Assembly (NCBI GenBank): GCA_046596405.1
Contig: JBKJMN010000021.1
Coordinates: 750 to 64,749, forward strand
Source: Burkholderiales bacterium
Lineage (GTDB): Bacteria; Pseudomonadota; Gammaproteobacteria; Burkholderiales; SG8-41
DNA length: 64,000 nucleotides
Direction of reading: 5' to 3'
In this document: piece after piece, positions 29,387-42,236 of the stretch
Position numbering within the stretch: position 1 is the first letter of the stretch
How the letters are laid out: each line of letters begins with the position of its first letter
Made by a program: the position numbers and the translations under genes
Notes under the pieces: model-generated
Told to the model about the DNA's origin: nothing
Databases searched by the model: none
What the model saw: only the letters and a program-made list of their open reading frames with translations

Positions 29387-29812
29387 TCACCCTTCAACCT
29401 TGATAAGTCGCGTGCCGGCTAAGCGGTCGTGCAGAAATTGACCGTCGCGATCTGCGAGGGCCCACCAGAATCCGCCGCCGGCTAAAGCCGTGCCGGCCAG
29501 CGCATACAGATAACGCAGCGCGGCCTGGCGTACGGACGGCGGGCCGCCAGCGCGTGCGGCCACGCGTATGCGCCACGTCTTCATCGGCAACGTTTGGCCG
29601 CCATGCGTCCAGCAGTAGATAAAATAGGCCGCGCCGACCGCCAGCAGATAAACCTGAAAAAACGCACGCGCGAGCGTCGCGGGGAGCAGTAGTTCGAAGG
29701 CAAGGAACAACCAGCCGGCCGCAAATACGATTGCCGCGAGCAGCAGCACTTCATAGCACACGCTGCCGAGCCGTCGCGCAAGACTGGCGGCGGGCGCCGG
29801 AAGGTCCTTCAA
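29387..29812 (-). CDS. RDD-family membrane protein
   Basis: The C-terminal part of ORF 29387-30166 has TM segments and LADRDGQFLHDRLAGTRL (RDD motif). The upstream part of that ORF overlaps the DUF3106 gene, so the start is placed at TTG 29812. Start uncertain. Confidence 0.65.
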   Translation of the reverse strand: MKDLPAPAASLARRLGSVCYEVLLLAAIVFAAGWLFLAFELLLPATLARAFFQVYLLAVGAAYFIYCWTHGGQTLPMKTWRIRVAARAGGPPSVRQAALRYLYALAGTALAGGGFWWALADRDGQFLHDRLAGTRLIKVEG

Positions 29813-29829
29813 AGGGATGGTGCGGCGGG

Positions 29830-30279
29830 TTACTGCGGTGCCGGCGCGGGGATATCGCCTGCGGATTCCGGCTTGGCGGCGAGCGACTGCTGGTATTCCT
29901 GCCACTGCGCCTTGACCTGTTTGCGTTTTTCGGGCGGCAGCTTCTTGATGGTCTTGTAATTTTCCCGCGCCACCCGGCGCTGCTCTGGCGAGAGTGTCGC
30001 CCATTCCTTCATTTGCGCCTGGAGCCGTTGTTGTTGCTCCGGTTTCATTTTCGGATAGGCGTTGGCGACCTTGACCCATTTCGCGCGGCGCAATGTGTCG
30101 AGCTCCTTCCAGTCGTCCTTGAGCGGTTCGAGCACGCCTTGCTGCGAAGCCGTCAATTCGGACCAATCGGGCTTGGCCGGCTTGGGCTGAACGGCTGATT
30201 TGGGCTGGAGAGGGGCGGCGGCGCTGACCGGGGCGACGAGACTCAAGCCCAGAATTATTGCGACGAGCGCTTTAACCAT
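29830..30279 (-). CDS. DUF3106-family secreted protein
   Basis: Signal peptide. Repeated W.(E/K)L...Q(Q/R) helices (WSELTASQQ, WKELDTLRR, WATLSPEQRR) typical of DUF3106. Position in the sigma/DUF3619/DUF3106/RDD cluster. Confidence 0.65.
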   Translation of the reverse strand: MVKALVAIILGLSLVAPVSAAAPLQPKSAVQPKPAKPDWSELTASQQGVLEPLKDDWKELDTLRRAKWVKVANAYPKMKPEQQQRLQAQMKEWATLSPEQRRVARENYKTIKKLPPEKRKQVKAQWQEYQQSLAAKPESAGDIPAPAPQ

Positions 30280-30638
30280 GCTTCGAAATTGCTGTCGAGA
30301 TAGGCGTTGATGGGTAAGTCGTCGGTCAGAAGGCTGGCGTCGATATCAGCGATGTCATTGGCTTGCACAATGAACTGCCAGTAAGTGGCGCCGACCAGAC
30401 TCAGCACAAGCAGGCCCAAGGCAAGGACATTGCGGCCGTTGAAGTAACGATTGTGACTGACGCGAAACGCGATGTCTCCCGCCCAAGCCAGCCCGAACAT
30501 CGGTTGCGGCGCTTCGCGGTATCGGTCGAGCGCCGCGTGACGCGCCGACTGCAATTGATAGGCCGTTCCCTGCCTGAGCGTGCCGAGCCCGGCATTGAGG
30601 TGGTGAACGATTTTGCCTGCCACTTCCTGTTCGTTCAT
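30255..30638 (-). CDS. DUF3619-family membrane protein (possible anti-sigma partner)
   Basis: 127 aa with a single TM segment (VLALGLLVLSLVGATYW). It lies directly downstream of, and overlaps, the ECF sigma gene. Confidence 0.6.
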   Translation of the reverse strand: MNEQEVAGKIVHHLNAGLGTLRQGTAYQLQSARHAALDRYREAPQPMFGLAWAGDIAFRVSHNRYFNGRNVLALGLLVLSLVGATYWQFIVQANDIADIDASLLTDDLPINAYLDSNFEAWLKRSSQ

Positions 30639-31201
30639 AGCGAAACTCCCTTATCTTTCAGCAGGTCTGCCAAAGCATGCGTCGCCCGGGAGCAGTGAGT
30701 TTTCACGCTACCTTCCGAGCAACCCATGACTGCGGCGGCTTCTGCGACATCCAATTCCTCCCAATAACGCAGCAGGAAGGCTTGGCGTTGACGGTGCGGC
30801 AACTTTTGGAGTGCTTTTTCAATGATTTCAAGCGTTTGAGCCTGTTGTAGTTGATCCGATGGTGCGCCCTGCGGATTGGAGTTGGATTGCACCTCCAAAG
30901 TTTCCAGCGGATCGTGGTCGTCGCCATCGTCGGCGCCGCCGAGCGACGAGATCTGCGTGGTCCACAGTGTGCGCACTTTCTGGCGCCGGAAGTAGTCGCG
31001 CAGTGTGTTCTGCAGGATGCGCTGGAACAACATCGGCAACTCGGTGATCGGGCGCGACGCGTATTTTTCCGACAGCTTCATCATCGCGTCCTGCACGGCA
31101 TCAAGGGCGACCTGCTCGTCGCGTGCCGCGAAAAACGCCTGCTTGAATGCGCGCCGTTCGACTGCGGCTAGAAAATCGGCAAGTTCCTTGCGGGTGGCCA
31201 G
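30635..31201 (-). CDS. ECF-type RNA polymerase sigma factor (probable CTG start)
   Basis: Region 2 (FLAAVERRAFKQAFFAARDEQVALDAVQDAMMKL) and region 4 (LDVAEAAAVMGCSEGSVKTHCSRA). The first canonical start (GTG 31096) would remove conserved region 2 sequence. No ATG, GTG or TTG lies between it and the in-frame TAA at 31250-31252, so CTG 31201 (..ATRKELADFL) is proposed. Confidence 0.8.
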   Translation of the reverse strand: MATRKELADFLAAVERRAFKQAFFAARDEQVALDAVQDAMMKLSEKYASRPITELPMLFQRILQNTLRDYFRRQKVRTLWTTQISSLGGADDGDDHDPLETLEVQSNSNPQGAPSDQLQQAQTLEIIEKALQKLPHRQRQAFLLRYWEELDVAEAAAVMGCSEGSVKTHCSRATHALADLLKDKGVSL

Positions 31202-31521
31202 TGGAGTCTGCCTCTCGTGATGCGCCCGGTGGTGCTGGGGCTTAACTTGTTATGTTGATATTCGCATCTGACATGCAAGTCTATCTATGCGAACCCCCAC
31301 GTGCCCGCTCTTGACGGCGTGGACGCGAGTGTCCGACCGTGCGCGCTGAAATACCCGAAGCATCTTATCAAAACGCCCTGCCACTGCAAGTTGGGACCGG
31401 CCCTCGCTCGCTGAAGTCAGCGGTATCATACTGTTTAATCAGATATTTGGCTTGACCAATTAGCAGCGTAACGGTATCGTTCTCGGTTCTGTGTTTTTCA
31501 GGGCTTCCACAAGGTTCAGCT

Positions 31522-33237
31522 ATGGAATTGAACGGCGCCGAGATTGTCGTGCGGTGTTTGCAGGAAGAAGGCGTCGATTACGTGTTCGGTTATCCGGGCG
31601 GCGCTGTTCTGCACCTGTACGACGAATTATTCAAGCAAAGCAAGGTTAAGCACATCTTGGTCCGGCATGAACAGGGTGCTGTCCATGCGGCTGACGGCTA
31701 TTCGCGCTCGACCGAAAAAATCGGCGTCGCACTTGTTACGTCCGGTCCCGGCGTCACCAACGCAATCACGGGCATCGCGACCGCATACATGGATTCCATC
31801 CCGCTGGTGATCATCACCGGACAGGTGCCGACCCACGCGATTGGCCAGGACGCTTTTCAGGAGTGCGATACCGTGGGCATTACGCGCCCGTGCGTGAAGC
31901 ACAACTTCCTGATCAAAGACGTGAAAGACATCGCGGCGACGATGAAGAAAGCTTTTTATATCGCGGGCACCGGCCGGCCGGGCCCGGTCGTCGTCGACAT
32001 TCCGAAGGACATCACGCACCCTGCAAGCAAAGCGGAATTCGACTATCCGAAGTCGGTCAGCATGCGTTCATACAACCCGGTCGTCAAAGGGCATGGGGGC
32101 CAGATCAAGAAAGCGCTGCAATTATTGCTGCGCGCCAAGCGGCCGATGATCTACACGGGCGGGGGAGTCGTCCTGGGCAATGCTGCGCCGGAGCTTGCCC
32201 ACCTTGTGCGGCTCCTGGGTTTTCCGTGCACCAACACGTTGATGGGGCTTGGCGGCTATCCCGCGAGCGACCGCCAGTTCGTCGGCATGCTCGGCATGCA
32301 CGGCACATACGAAGCGAACATGGCGATGCAGCACTGTGATGTGCTGCTCGCGATCGGCGCCCGGTTCGACGACCGCGTCATCGGCAACCCCAAGCATTTC
32401 TTCGAAGAGCCGCGCACCATCATTCACATCGACGTCGATCCGTCGTCGATCTCCAAGCGCGTGAAGGTCGACGTGCCGATCGTCGGCAGCGTGCGGCCGG
32501 TGCTGCAGGAACTCACCAAGCAATTGCAGGCGTCGAAGGACAAGCCCGACGCGATCGCGCTCAAGGCATGGTGGAAGCAGGTTGACGTGTGGCGCGCCCG
32601 CGACTGCCTCAAATATACGCAGACCACCAAGATTATCAAGCCGCAGTTCGTGATCCAGAAGCTGCACGAGCTCACCAAAGGCGATGCGTTCGTGACCTCC
32701 GACGTCGGCCAGCACCAGATGTGGGCCGCGCAATTCTATAAATTCGACAAGCCGCGGCGTTGGATCAATTCAGGCGGGCTCGGCACGATGGGTTTCGGTC
32801 TGCCCGCGGCCATGGGTGTGCGGCTCGCGAACCCGAAAGCGACCGTCGCCTGCATCACCGGTGAAGGCAGCATCCAGATGTGCATCCAGGAGTTGTCGAC
32901 CTGCAAGCAGTATCACCTGCCGATCAAGATCATCAACCTGAACAACCGTTATCTCGGCATGGTGCGCCAGTGGCAGCAGGTCGATTATTCGAGCCGCTAT
33001 TCCGAATCGTACATGGATGCGCTGCCGGATTTCGTCAAGCTCGCGGAAGCGTATGGCCACGTCGGCATGCTGATCAACAAGCCCGCCGATGTCGAGCCGG
33101 CGCTGAAAGAAGCGCTCAAACTGAAGGATCGCCTGGTATTCATGGACTTCATCACCGATCAGACCGAGAACGTGTGGCCGATGGTGAAGGCAGGCAAAGG
33201 CCTGTCCGAGATGCTGCTCGGCTCGGAAGACCTTTAG
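31522..33237 (+). CDS. ilvI: Acetolactate synthase, large (catalytic) subunit
   Basis: ThDP-enzyme motifs. N-terminal MELNGAEIVVRCLQEEGVDYVFGYPGGAVL. GGLGTMGFGLPAAMG. 571 aa. Confidence 0.95.
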   Translation: MELNGAEIVVRCLQEEGVDYVFGYPGGAVLHLYDELFKQSKVKHILVRHEQGAVHAADGYSRSTEKIGVALVTSGPGVTNAITGIATAYMDSIPLVIITGQVPTHAIGQDAFQECDTVGITRPCVKHNFLIKDVKDIAATMKKAFYIAGTGRPGPVVVDIPKDITHPASKAEFDYPKSVSMRSYNPVVKGHGGQIKKALQLLLRAKRPMIYTGGGVVLGNAAPELAHLVRLLGFPCTNTLMGLGGYPASDRQFVGMLGMHGTYEANMAMQHCDVLLAIGARFDDRVIGNPKHFFEEPRTIIHIDVDPSSISKRVKVDVPIVGSVRPVLQELTKQLQASKDKPDAIALKAWWKQVDVWRARDCLKYTQTTKIIKPQFVIQKLHELTKGDAFVTSDVGQHQMWAAQFYKFDKPRRWINSGGLGTMGFGLPAAMGVRLANPKATVACITGEGSIQMCIQELSTCKQYHLPIKIINLNNRYLGMVRQWQQVDYSSRYSESYMDALPDFVKLAEAYGHVGMLINKPADVEPALKEALKLKDRLVFMDFITDQTENVWPMVKAGKGLSEMLLGSEDL

Positions 33238-33249
33238 GAGAGCGCGGCG

Positions 33250-33741
33250 ATGCGACATATCATTTCCGTGCTGCTTGAGAACGAATCCGGGGCGCTTTCG
33301 CGCGTGGTCGGCCTCTTTTCCGCGCGCGGCTATAACATCGAAACGCTGACCGTGGCGCCGACCGAAGACCTCACGCTGTCGCGCATGACCATCGTGACGA
33401 CGGGCTCGGACGAAGTGATCGAGCAGATCAACAAGCAACTGAACAAACTGATCGAGGTGGTGAAAGTCATCGACCTGTCCGACGGCGATCACATCGAACG
33501 CGAACTGATGCTCGTCAAAGTGCGGGCGGTCGGCAAGGACCGCGAAGAAATGAAACGCATGGCGGACATCTTCCGCGGTCGCATCATCGACGTCACCGAC
33601 AAGGATTACACGATCGAGCTTACCGGCACGGGCTCCAAGCTCGACGCGTTCTTGAGCGCGATCGATCGCACCGCGATCATGGAGACTGTGCGTACCGGCG
33701 CTTCCGGCATCGGTCGCGGCGACCGGATCTTACGAATCTAG
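33250..33741 (+). CDS. ilvH: Acetolactate synthase, small (regulatory) subunit
   Basis: [33 protein letters not shown]-type ACT domain. 163 aa. Confidence 0.95.
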   Translation: [163 protein letters not shown]

Positions 33742-33744
33742 TGA

Positions 33745-34827
<1,083 letters not shown>

Positions 34828-34912
34828 GACTGCGGATCGAGATTGAGGATCGAGAGAAACCCCCGCCGCGGGTTCGCTCTTCCTCAATCCCTAGGCCTCC
34901 ACTCTCAAGCTC

Positions 34913-35083
34913 ATGAGCAATAACTATCCTCATCCGATCATCGCGCGCGAAGGGTGGCCGTACATGGTCGCCAGTTTTTCCGTCGCGCTCGCGGTTACGT
35001 TTGCCGCCCGGTGGCCCAGGGCCGCGGTGAGCGATAGCGTGGCGGCGAGCGCGACGGTAATCGCGGAGCTGGGGTCGCATTGA
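34913..35083 (+). pseudogene. psd: Phosphatidylserine decarboxylase remnant (56 codons; N- and C-termini retained, catalytic core missing)
   Basis: Translation: MSNNYPHPIIAREGWPYMVASFSVALAVTFAARWP|RAAVSDSVAASATVIAELGSH*. The start matches the betaproteobacterial Psd N-terminus (M.NYPHPIIAREGWPF). The end resembles its C-terminus (..RAKVS.G..V.A..TILAEL..). TGATG overlap with pssA. Full-length homologues are about 210 aa. Homologue sequences are from my recollection. Confidence 0.6.
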
Positions 35084-35913
35084 TGTACGGCCGCAAAGAT
35101 AAGTGGCTCGGCGAAAGCGGCAGGATCCGCCGTCGCGGGATTTACTGGCTGCCCAATGTATTCACCACGGTCGCGTTGTTCGCGGGTTTTTTTTCGATCG
35201 TGCAGGCGATGAGCGGACGTTTCGACCAGTCCGCGCTCGCCATCTTCGTGGCTCTGGTATTTGACGGCCTCGACGGCCGGGTGGCGCGCTTCACGCATAC
35301 GCAAAGCGCGTTCGGCGCCGAATACGACAGCCTGTCCGACATGGTGTCGTTCGGGGTCGCGCCGGCGCTCGTGATTTACGTGTGGGCGCTCAAGGATTTT
35401 TCCAATGCGCAGAACATCCCGATGCTCGGCGCGTGGGTGACGGCCAAGCTCGGCTGGATTGCCGCCTTCATTTATTGCGCTTGCGCGGCGTTGCGGCTGG
35501 CGCGCTTCAACACCCAGCTCGAAGTCGCCGACAAGCGTTTTTTCCAGGGCCTGCCGAGCCCGGCCGCGGCTTGCGTCGTCGCCGGGCTCGTGTGGGCGAT
35601 GGACGCGCATCAGATCGGCGGCGCCGACGTGAAATGGCTGGCGTGGGTGCTGACCATGTTCGCGGGCCTGACGATGGTCACCAACTTAAAGTACTACAGC
35701 GGCAAGGACATCAATCCGCGCAAGAGCGTGTCGTTTCCCGTCGTGGTGGCGATCGCGTTGGCGGTCGTGGCGCTCGTCGCCGTATCGAGCACGCTGCCTG
35801 AAATGATGTTTATCCTGTTCGTTGGCTATGCGCTGTCGGGCTACGTGCTCGCGCTGCTGGATTTCGCGCGCCGCAAAGGCACCGCCCGCCCGCCCGCCGC
35901 GCCGGCGCCCTGA
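35083..35913 (+). CDS. pssA: CDP-diacylglycerol--serine O-phosphatidyltransferase
   Basis: CDP-alcohol phosphatidyltransferase motif DGLDGRVAR........GAEYDSLSD. Multi-TM. 276 aa. Confidence 0.9.
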   Translation: MYGRKDKWLGESGRIRRRGIYWLPNVFTTVALFAGFFSIVQAMSGRFDQSALAIFVALVFDGLDGRVARFTHTQSAFGAEYDSLSDMVSFGVAPALVIYVWALKDFSNAQNIPMLGAWVTAKLGWIAAFIYCACAALRLARFNTQLEVADKRFFQGLPSPAAACVVAGLVWAMDAHQIGGADVKWLAWVLTMFAGLTMVTNLKYYSGKDINPRKSVSFPVVVAIALAVVALVAVSSTLPEMMFILFVGYALSGYVLALLDFARRKGTARPPAAPAP

Positions 35914-35952
35914 GGCTTGCTTCCGGCCCCAAAACCCTTTATATTTTCAACC

Positions 35953-36036
35953 ATGAGTTCCATGCACCAGGCCACGACGTTGTTCCCCACTGCCAGCCCC
36001 CTGCTGGCAGGCCTGCTGCTGCGCGTCGCGCGCTAA
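35953..36036 (+). promoter_or_regulatory. Candidate leucine-rich leader peptide ORF upstream of leuA
   Basis: The 27-codon ORF MSSMHQATTLFPTASPLLAGLLLRVAR* has 5 Leu within 7 residues. It lies 109 nt upstream of leuA ATG. Several overlapping GC-rich inverted repeats are present, but I could not define a clean U-tract terminator. Confidence 0.35.
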
Positions 36037-36144
36037 ATACTCCTCTTACATTCTGATTTTTGTGGTGCGGCCGGGTGATGGAAACCCGGATTGATGACGA
36101 TATTCGCGCGCGCACTTCGTGACGCAGCCGAACTGGAGAAGCTC

Positions 36145-37686
36145 ATGAGCAAGGAAAAACTGATCATATTCGATACCACCATGCGCGACGGCGAGCAAAG
36201 CCCGGGCGCCTCGATGACGAAGGACGAGAAGCTGCGCATCGCGCGCCAGCTCGAGCGGATGCATGTCGACATCATCGAAGCGGGCTTTCCGGCGGCGAGC
36301 GACGGCGATTTCGAGTCGGTCAAGGCGGTGGCCGCGGCCGTGCGCGAAAGCACCGTATGCGGGCTGGCACGCGCCAATGAAAAGGACGTGCGCCGGTGCG
36401 GCGAAGCCGTCAAAGGCGCGAAATCGCCGCGCGTGCATACGTTTATCGCGACGAGCCCGATCCACATGGAAAAGAAGCTGCGCATGGAGCCGTCACAGGT
36501 GATCGAGCAGGCGGTGCGCGCGGTCCAGTGGGCACGTGACTACACGCACGACGTCGAATTTTCTCCAGAAGACGCCGGGCGCTCCGACCTGGACTTTCTG
36601 TGCCGCATCCTCGAACAGGTTATTGCTGCGGGCGCGACGACGATCAACGTGCCCGACACGGTCGGTTATACGCTGCCCGAGCACTTCGGCAGCCTCATCC
36701 GGAAGCTGCGCGAGCGCATCCCCAATTCGGACAAGGCCGTGTGGTCCGTTCACTGCCACAACGATCTCGGATTGGCGGTCGCCAATTCGTTGTCGGCGGT
36801 GTTGAACGGCGCGCGTCAGGTGGAATGCACGATCAACGGATTGGGCGAGCGCGCCGGTAACGCCTCGCTTGAAGAGATCGTCATGGCCGTGCGCACGCGC
36901 CAGGACGTGTTCCCGTGCGACACCGGCATCGATGCGACCCAGATCGTGCCCGCGTCCAAGCTCGTGTCCGGCATCACCGGTTATCCGGTGCAGCCCAATA
37001 AAGCGATCGTCGGCGCCAACGCATTCGCGCACGAATCCGGCATTCATCAGGACGGCGTGCTCAAGCATCGCGAGACCTATGAAATCATGAGCGCCGAAAG
37101 CGTTGGCTGGACGACCAATCGACTGACGCTGGGAAAATTGTCAGGACGCAACGCGTTCAAGTCGCGCCTGCAGGAAATCGGCATCGAGCTTGCGTCCGAG
37201 GAGGCGTTCAACGCTGCGTTCACGCGCTTCAAAACGCTCGCGGACAAAAAGCGCGAAATATTCGACGAGGATCTGCAGGCGTTGATTACCGAGGAAAGTC
37301 TGGAGCACGTCGCGAACGAGCACTACCACCTGGTATCGCTCACCGCGCACTCGGAGACCGGCGCATTGCCGTTCGCAAAAATCGTTTTGTCGGAGAATGG
37401 CAAAGAGCGGCCCGCGCAATCGAGCGGGAGCGGCCCGGTCGATGCGTCGTTCAAGGCAATCGAAAGCCTCGTGAACAGCGGCGCGGAGTTGTTGTTGTAT
37501 TCGGTCAACAACATCACCAGCGGCACGGACTCGCAGGGTGAAGTCACGGTCCGGCTGTCGAAGACGGGTCGCATCGTCAACGGCCAGGGTGCGGACACCG
37601 ATATCGTCGTTGCTTCTGCGAAAGCGTACCTCAACGCGCTGAACAAGCTGCATTCGAAGCTCGAGCGACTGAATCCGCAGGTGTGA
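36145..37686 (+). CDS. leuA: 2-isopropylmalate synthase
   Basis: ATG 36145 ([21 protein letters not shown]). HxH motif [13 protein letters not shown]-terminal LeuA dimerisation/regulatory domain. Confidence 0.95.
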   Translation: MSKEKLIIFDTTMRDGEQSPGASMTKDEKLRIARQLERMHVDIIEAGFPAASDGDFESVKAVAAAVRESTVCGLARANEKDVRRCGEAVKGAKSPRVHTFIATSPIHMEKKLRMEPSQVIEQAVRAVQWARDYTHDVEFSPEDAGRSDLDFLCRILEQVIAAGATTINVPDTVGYTLPEHFGSLIRKLRERIPNSDKAVWSVHCHNDLGLAVANSLSAVLNGARQVECTINGLGERAGNASLEEIVMAVRTRQDVFPCDTGIDATQIVPASKLVSGITGYPVQPNKAIVGANAFAHESGIHQDGVLKHRETYEIMSAESVGWTTNRLTLGKLSGRNAFKSRLQEIGIELASEEAFNAAFTRFKTLADKKREIFDEDLQALITEESLEHVANEHYHLVSLTAHSETGALPFAKIVLSENGKERPAQSSGSGPVDASFKAIESLVNSGAELLLYSVNNITSGTDSQGEVTVRLSKTGRIVNGQGADTDIVVASAKAYLNALNKLHSKLERLNPQV

Positions 37687-37760
37687 CCGGTAGCGCGCCG
37701 CGCCAGCCGCACCAAGAAAAAGGGCGCCCGCAGGCGCCTTTTTTTAAATCCTCTCAACGT

Positions 37761-38591
37761 TCAGCCATCGAGCTTGACGCGCGAGGCCGTGGCGATCTTG
37801 AGTTGGTTTTTTATTTCCTTCACGCGCGGCAGCGCGGCGACGACTTCCGACGCATGCACCGGTTCATTGCCGCGGTCGACCATGCCGGCGAGGGTCACTA
37901 CGCCCTGGTCCGCGGTGATCGTGATGTGCATTTTTTCGGTTCGCGGGTCGGCGCGCAACGCGGCGCGCACATGGGTCTCGAGCGCGAGGTTGGCGAGCAT
38001 TTGCAGCGACTGCGCGGACTCCTGGAACTGCGCATTTTTGACCAGCGCCATCACTTGATCCACGCATTCGTCGATCGAGACGCGTTCGGTATTGAGCACG
38101 AGGTCGTACTGCTCGGGATCCTGCCAGTTGACGCCGAAATGCCGGCGCGTGATTGCGCCGTGCGCCTCTTCGGAGAGCTTGATCTCGTTGGTAATGAACG
38201 CCTCGTCGTCGGAACTGAGCCGCGCCATCATGCGCTGCACGCGCACTTGCATCGGCGCGCATACGCGCACGCAAATCACGTGCTGGATGGGACGCAACAG
38301 ATGCGCCGAGCCCCAGCCGCGAATGACCGACACGCCGTCGGCTTCCGCGAGCGCCATGGTTTCGTCGGCGGTGTAGATCGACAGGCTGGTCTTGTCAGTC
38401 GTCAGGCGCTCCCAGATATTGGCCTTGCCGTCGAGAAAACGCACGACGTGGCTTTTGCGCAAACGCATCTTGTTCGCGAGCTGATCGATGATTTCGTGGT
38501 GCACGACCGGCTTGCCCAGGCGTGTGGAGAGGGAGCTCGCAACGTCCTTGCCGAGCGAGCCCATTTCACGGGTCATGGCGATGAGCGGCAT
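37761..38591 (-). CDS. Cytidylate-kinase-like family protein with C-terminal BON domain
   Basis: ORF 37761-39233 trimmed to ATG 38591 (MPLIAMTREMGSLGKDVA..), preceded by GGAGA. The C-terminus HITITADQGVVTLAGMVD...VKEIKNQLKI is BON-like. The upstream part of the long ORF overlaps the DUF2069 gene. Confidence 0.6.
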   Translation of the reverse strand: MPLIAMTREMGSLGKDVASSLSTRLGKPVVHHEIIDQLANKMRLRKSHVVRFLDGKANIWERLTTDKTSLSIYTADETMALAEADGVSVIRGWGSAHLLRPIQHVICVRVCAPMQVRVQRMMARLSSDDEAFITNEIKLSEEAHGAITRRHFGVNWQDPEQYDLVLNTERVSIDECVDQVMALVKNAQFQESAQSLQMLANLALETHVRAALRADPRTEKMHITITADQGVVTLAGMVDRGNEPVHASEVVAALPRVKEIKNQLKIATASRVKLDG

Positions 38592-38677
38592 GGCTGATCT
38601 CCGGAAGATATGCAAAGCGGGGTAAACAGGATAGCACCGCGGCGCCCGTTGCGGGACTAAATCCGTGCTGTGCCGCG

Positions 38678-39024
38678 TCAAATACGCCGCCTTGCGGCGC
38701 GCACGAAAAGGATGCTGGCCACGAAGCAAATCAGCGCGAGCGCGATTTGCGCGCCTGCCAGATACGCCGACATGCCGCGCTCCGACCACGCGCGGACGGC
38801 GCCTTCGGCGAAATAGGCGAGTACCAGCATCGACGTCCATTGATAGGTATAAATTTTGCCGCGCAGTATGCCGAAAAGAGGCGCCAGCAACGGGAGGACC
38901 TTGAGAGCCAGCATGGACCCGCCGGGCCGCAGCGGCGCCAGAACCAGCTCCCACGCGAGCCCCAGAAAAATCAGCGCAATGAGACTGATCACCGTTACAT
39001 AGTACGCTGCGGGATCCGTGCGCA

Positions 39025-39028
<4 letters not shown>
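38678..39028 (-). CDS. DUF2069-family membrane protein
   Basis: 116 aa with 4 TM segments. LKVLPLL.PLFGILRGK.YTYQW and YF.EG.VRAWS motifs. Confidence 0.65.
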
Positions 39029-41612
<2,584 letters not shown>

Positions 41613-41626
<14 letters not shown>

Positions 41627-42236
41627 CGGACGCGGCGGGCGAGACGCCGTCAGCGGGGTACTTCCAGTTGGAAATCCACGCGCGCACCACCATGTTGGGA
41701 TACTCGGCCTGGCCGAGGCTGCCGTTGTAACGGCCGAGCGCGCGGAAATAGTCGCCGCGCTCGCGGTCGAGATAATGGCGCAAAATCCAGCAGCCGTAGC
41801 GCAGGTTGGTGCGCAGGTTGAATAAATTGTCCTGCGTGTTTTCCGACAGCTTTACCCAGAAAGGCATCACCTGCATGTAACCGCGCGCGCCCGCAGTCGA
41901 TACCGCATGCTTGCGGAAATTGCTTTCGATCTGGATCAGTCCAAGCACGAGTTGCGGGTCGAGTCCGGCGCGCTTCGCTTCATAGTGCACCGTCACCAGG
42001 AAATCTTCGCGCGTGTGCCGGTCGGGGATGCGGCGCGCGAGTTTTTTCGACATTGCGTCGAGCCAGGTGCGCGCTTCCTCGACAGTGTCGAACGCGAGGA
42101 ACGGCACCGCCTGGTCGCTCACCCGCTTGTGCAGGCCGGCGCGCACGCTGGCCGTGAGATCCTCATACTTTTGCGCGCCACCCCACGCCGGCCCGGCCAG
42201 CATGATGCAGCAGGTGGCGACGATCAGCCCGCGCAT
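41613..42236 (-). CDS. Lytic transglycosylase (SLT domain) protein
   Basis: Signal peptide. LIQIESNF....S.AGA.GYMQVMP catalytic Glu-Ser context and the YNGS motif. Confidence 0.8.

Noticed and set aside
37683-38597. 304-aa plus-strand ORF
   Set aside because: It is antisense to the cytidylate-kinase-like/BON gene, has no motifs, and overlaps the leuA stop.
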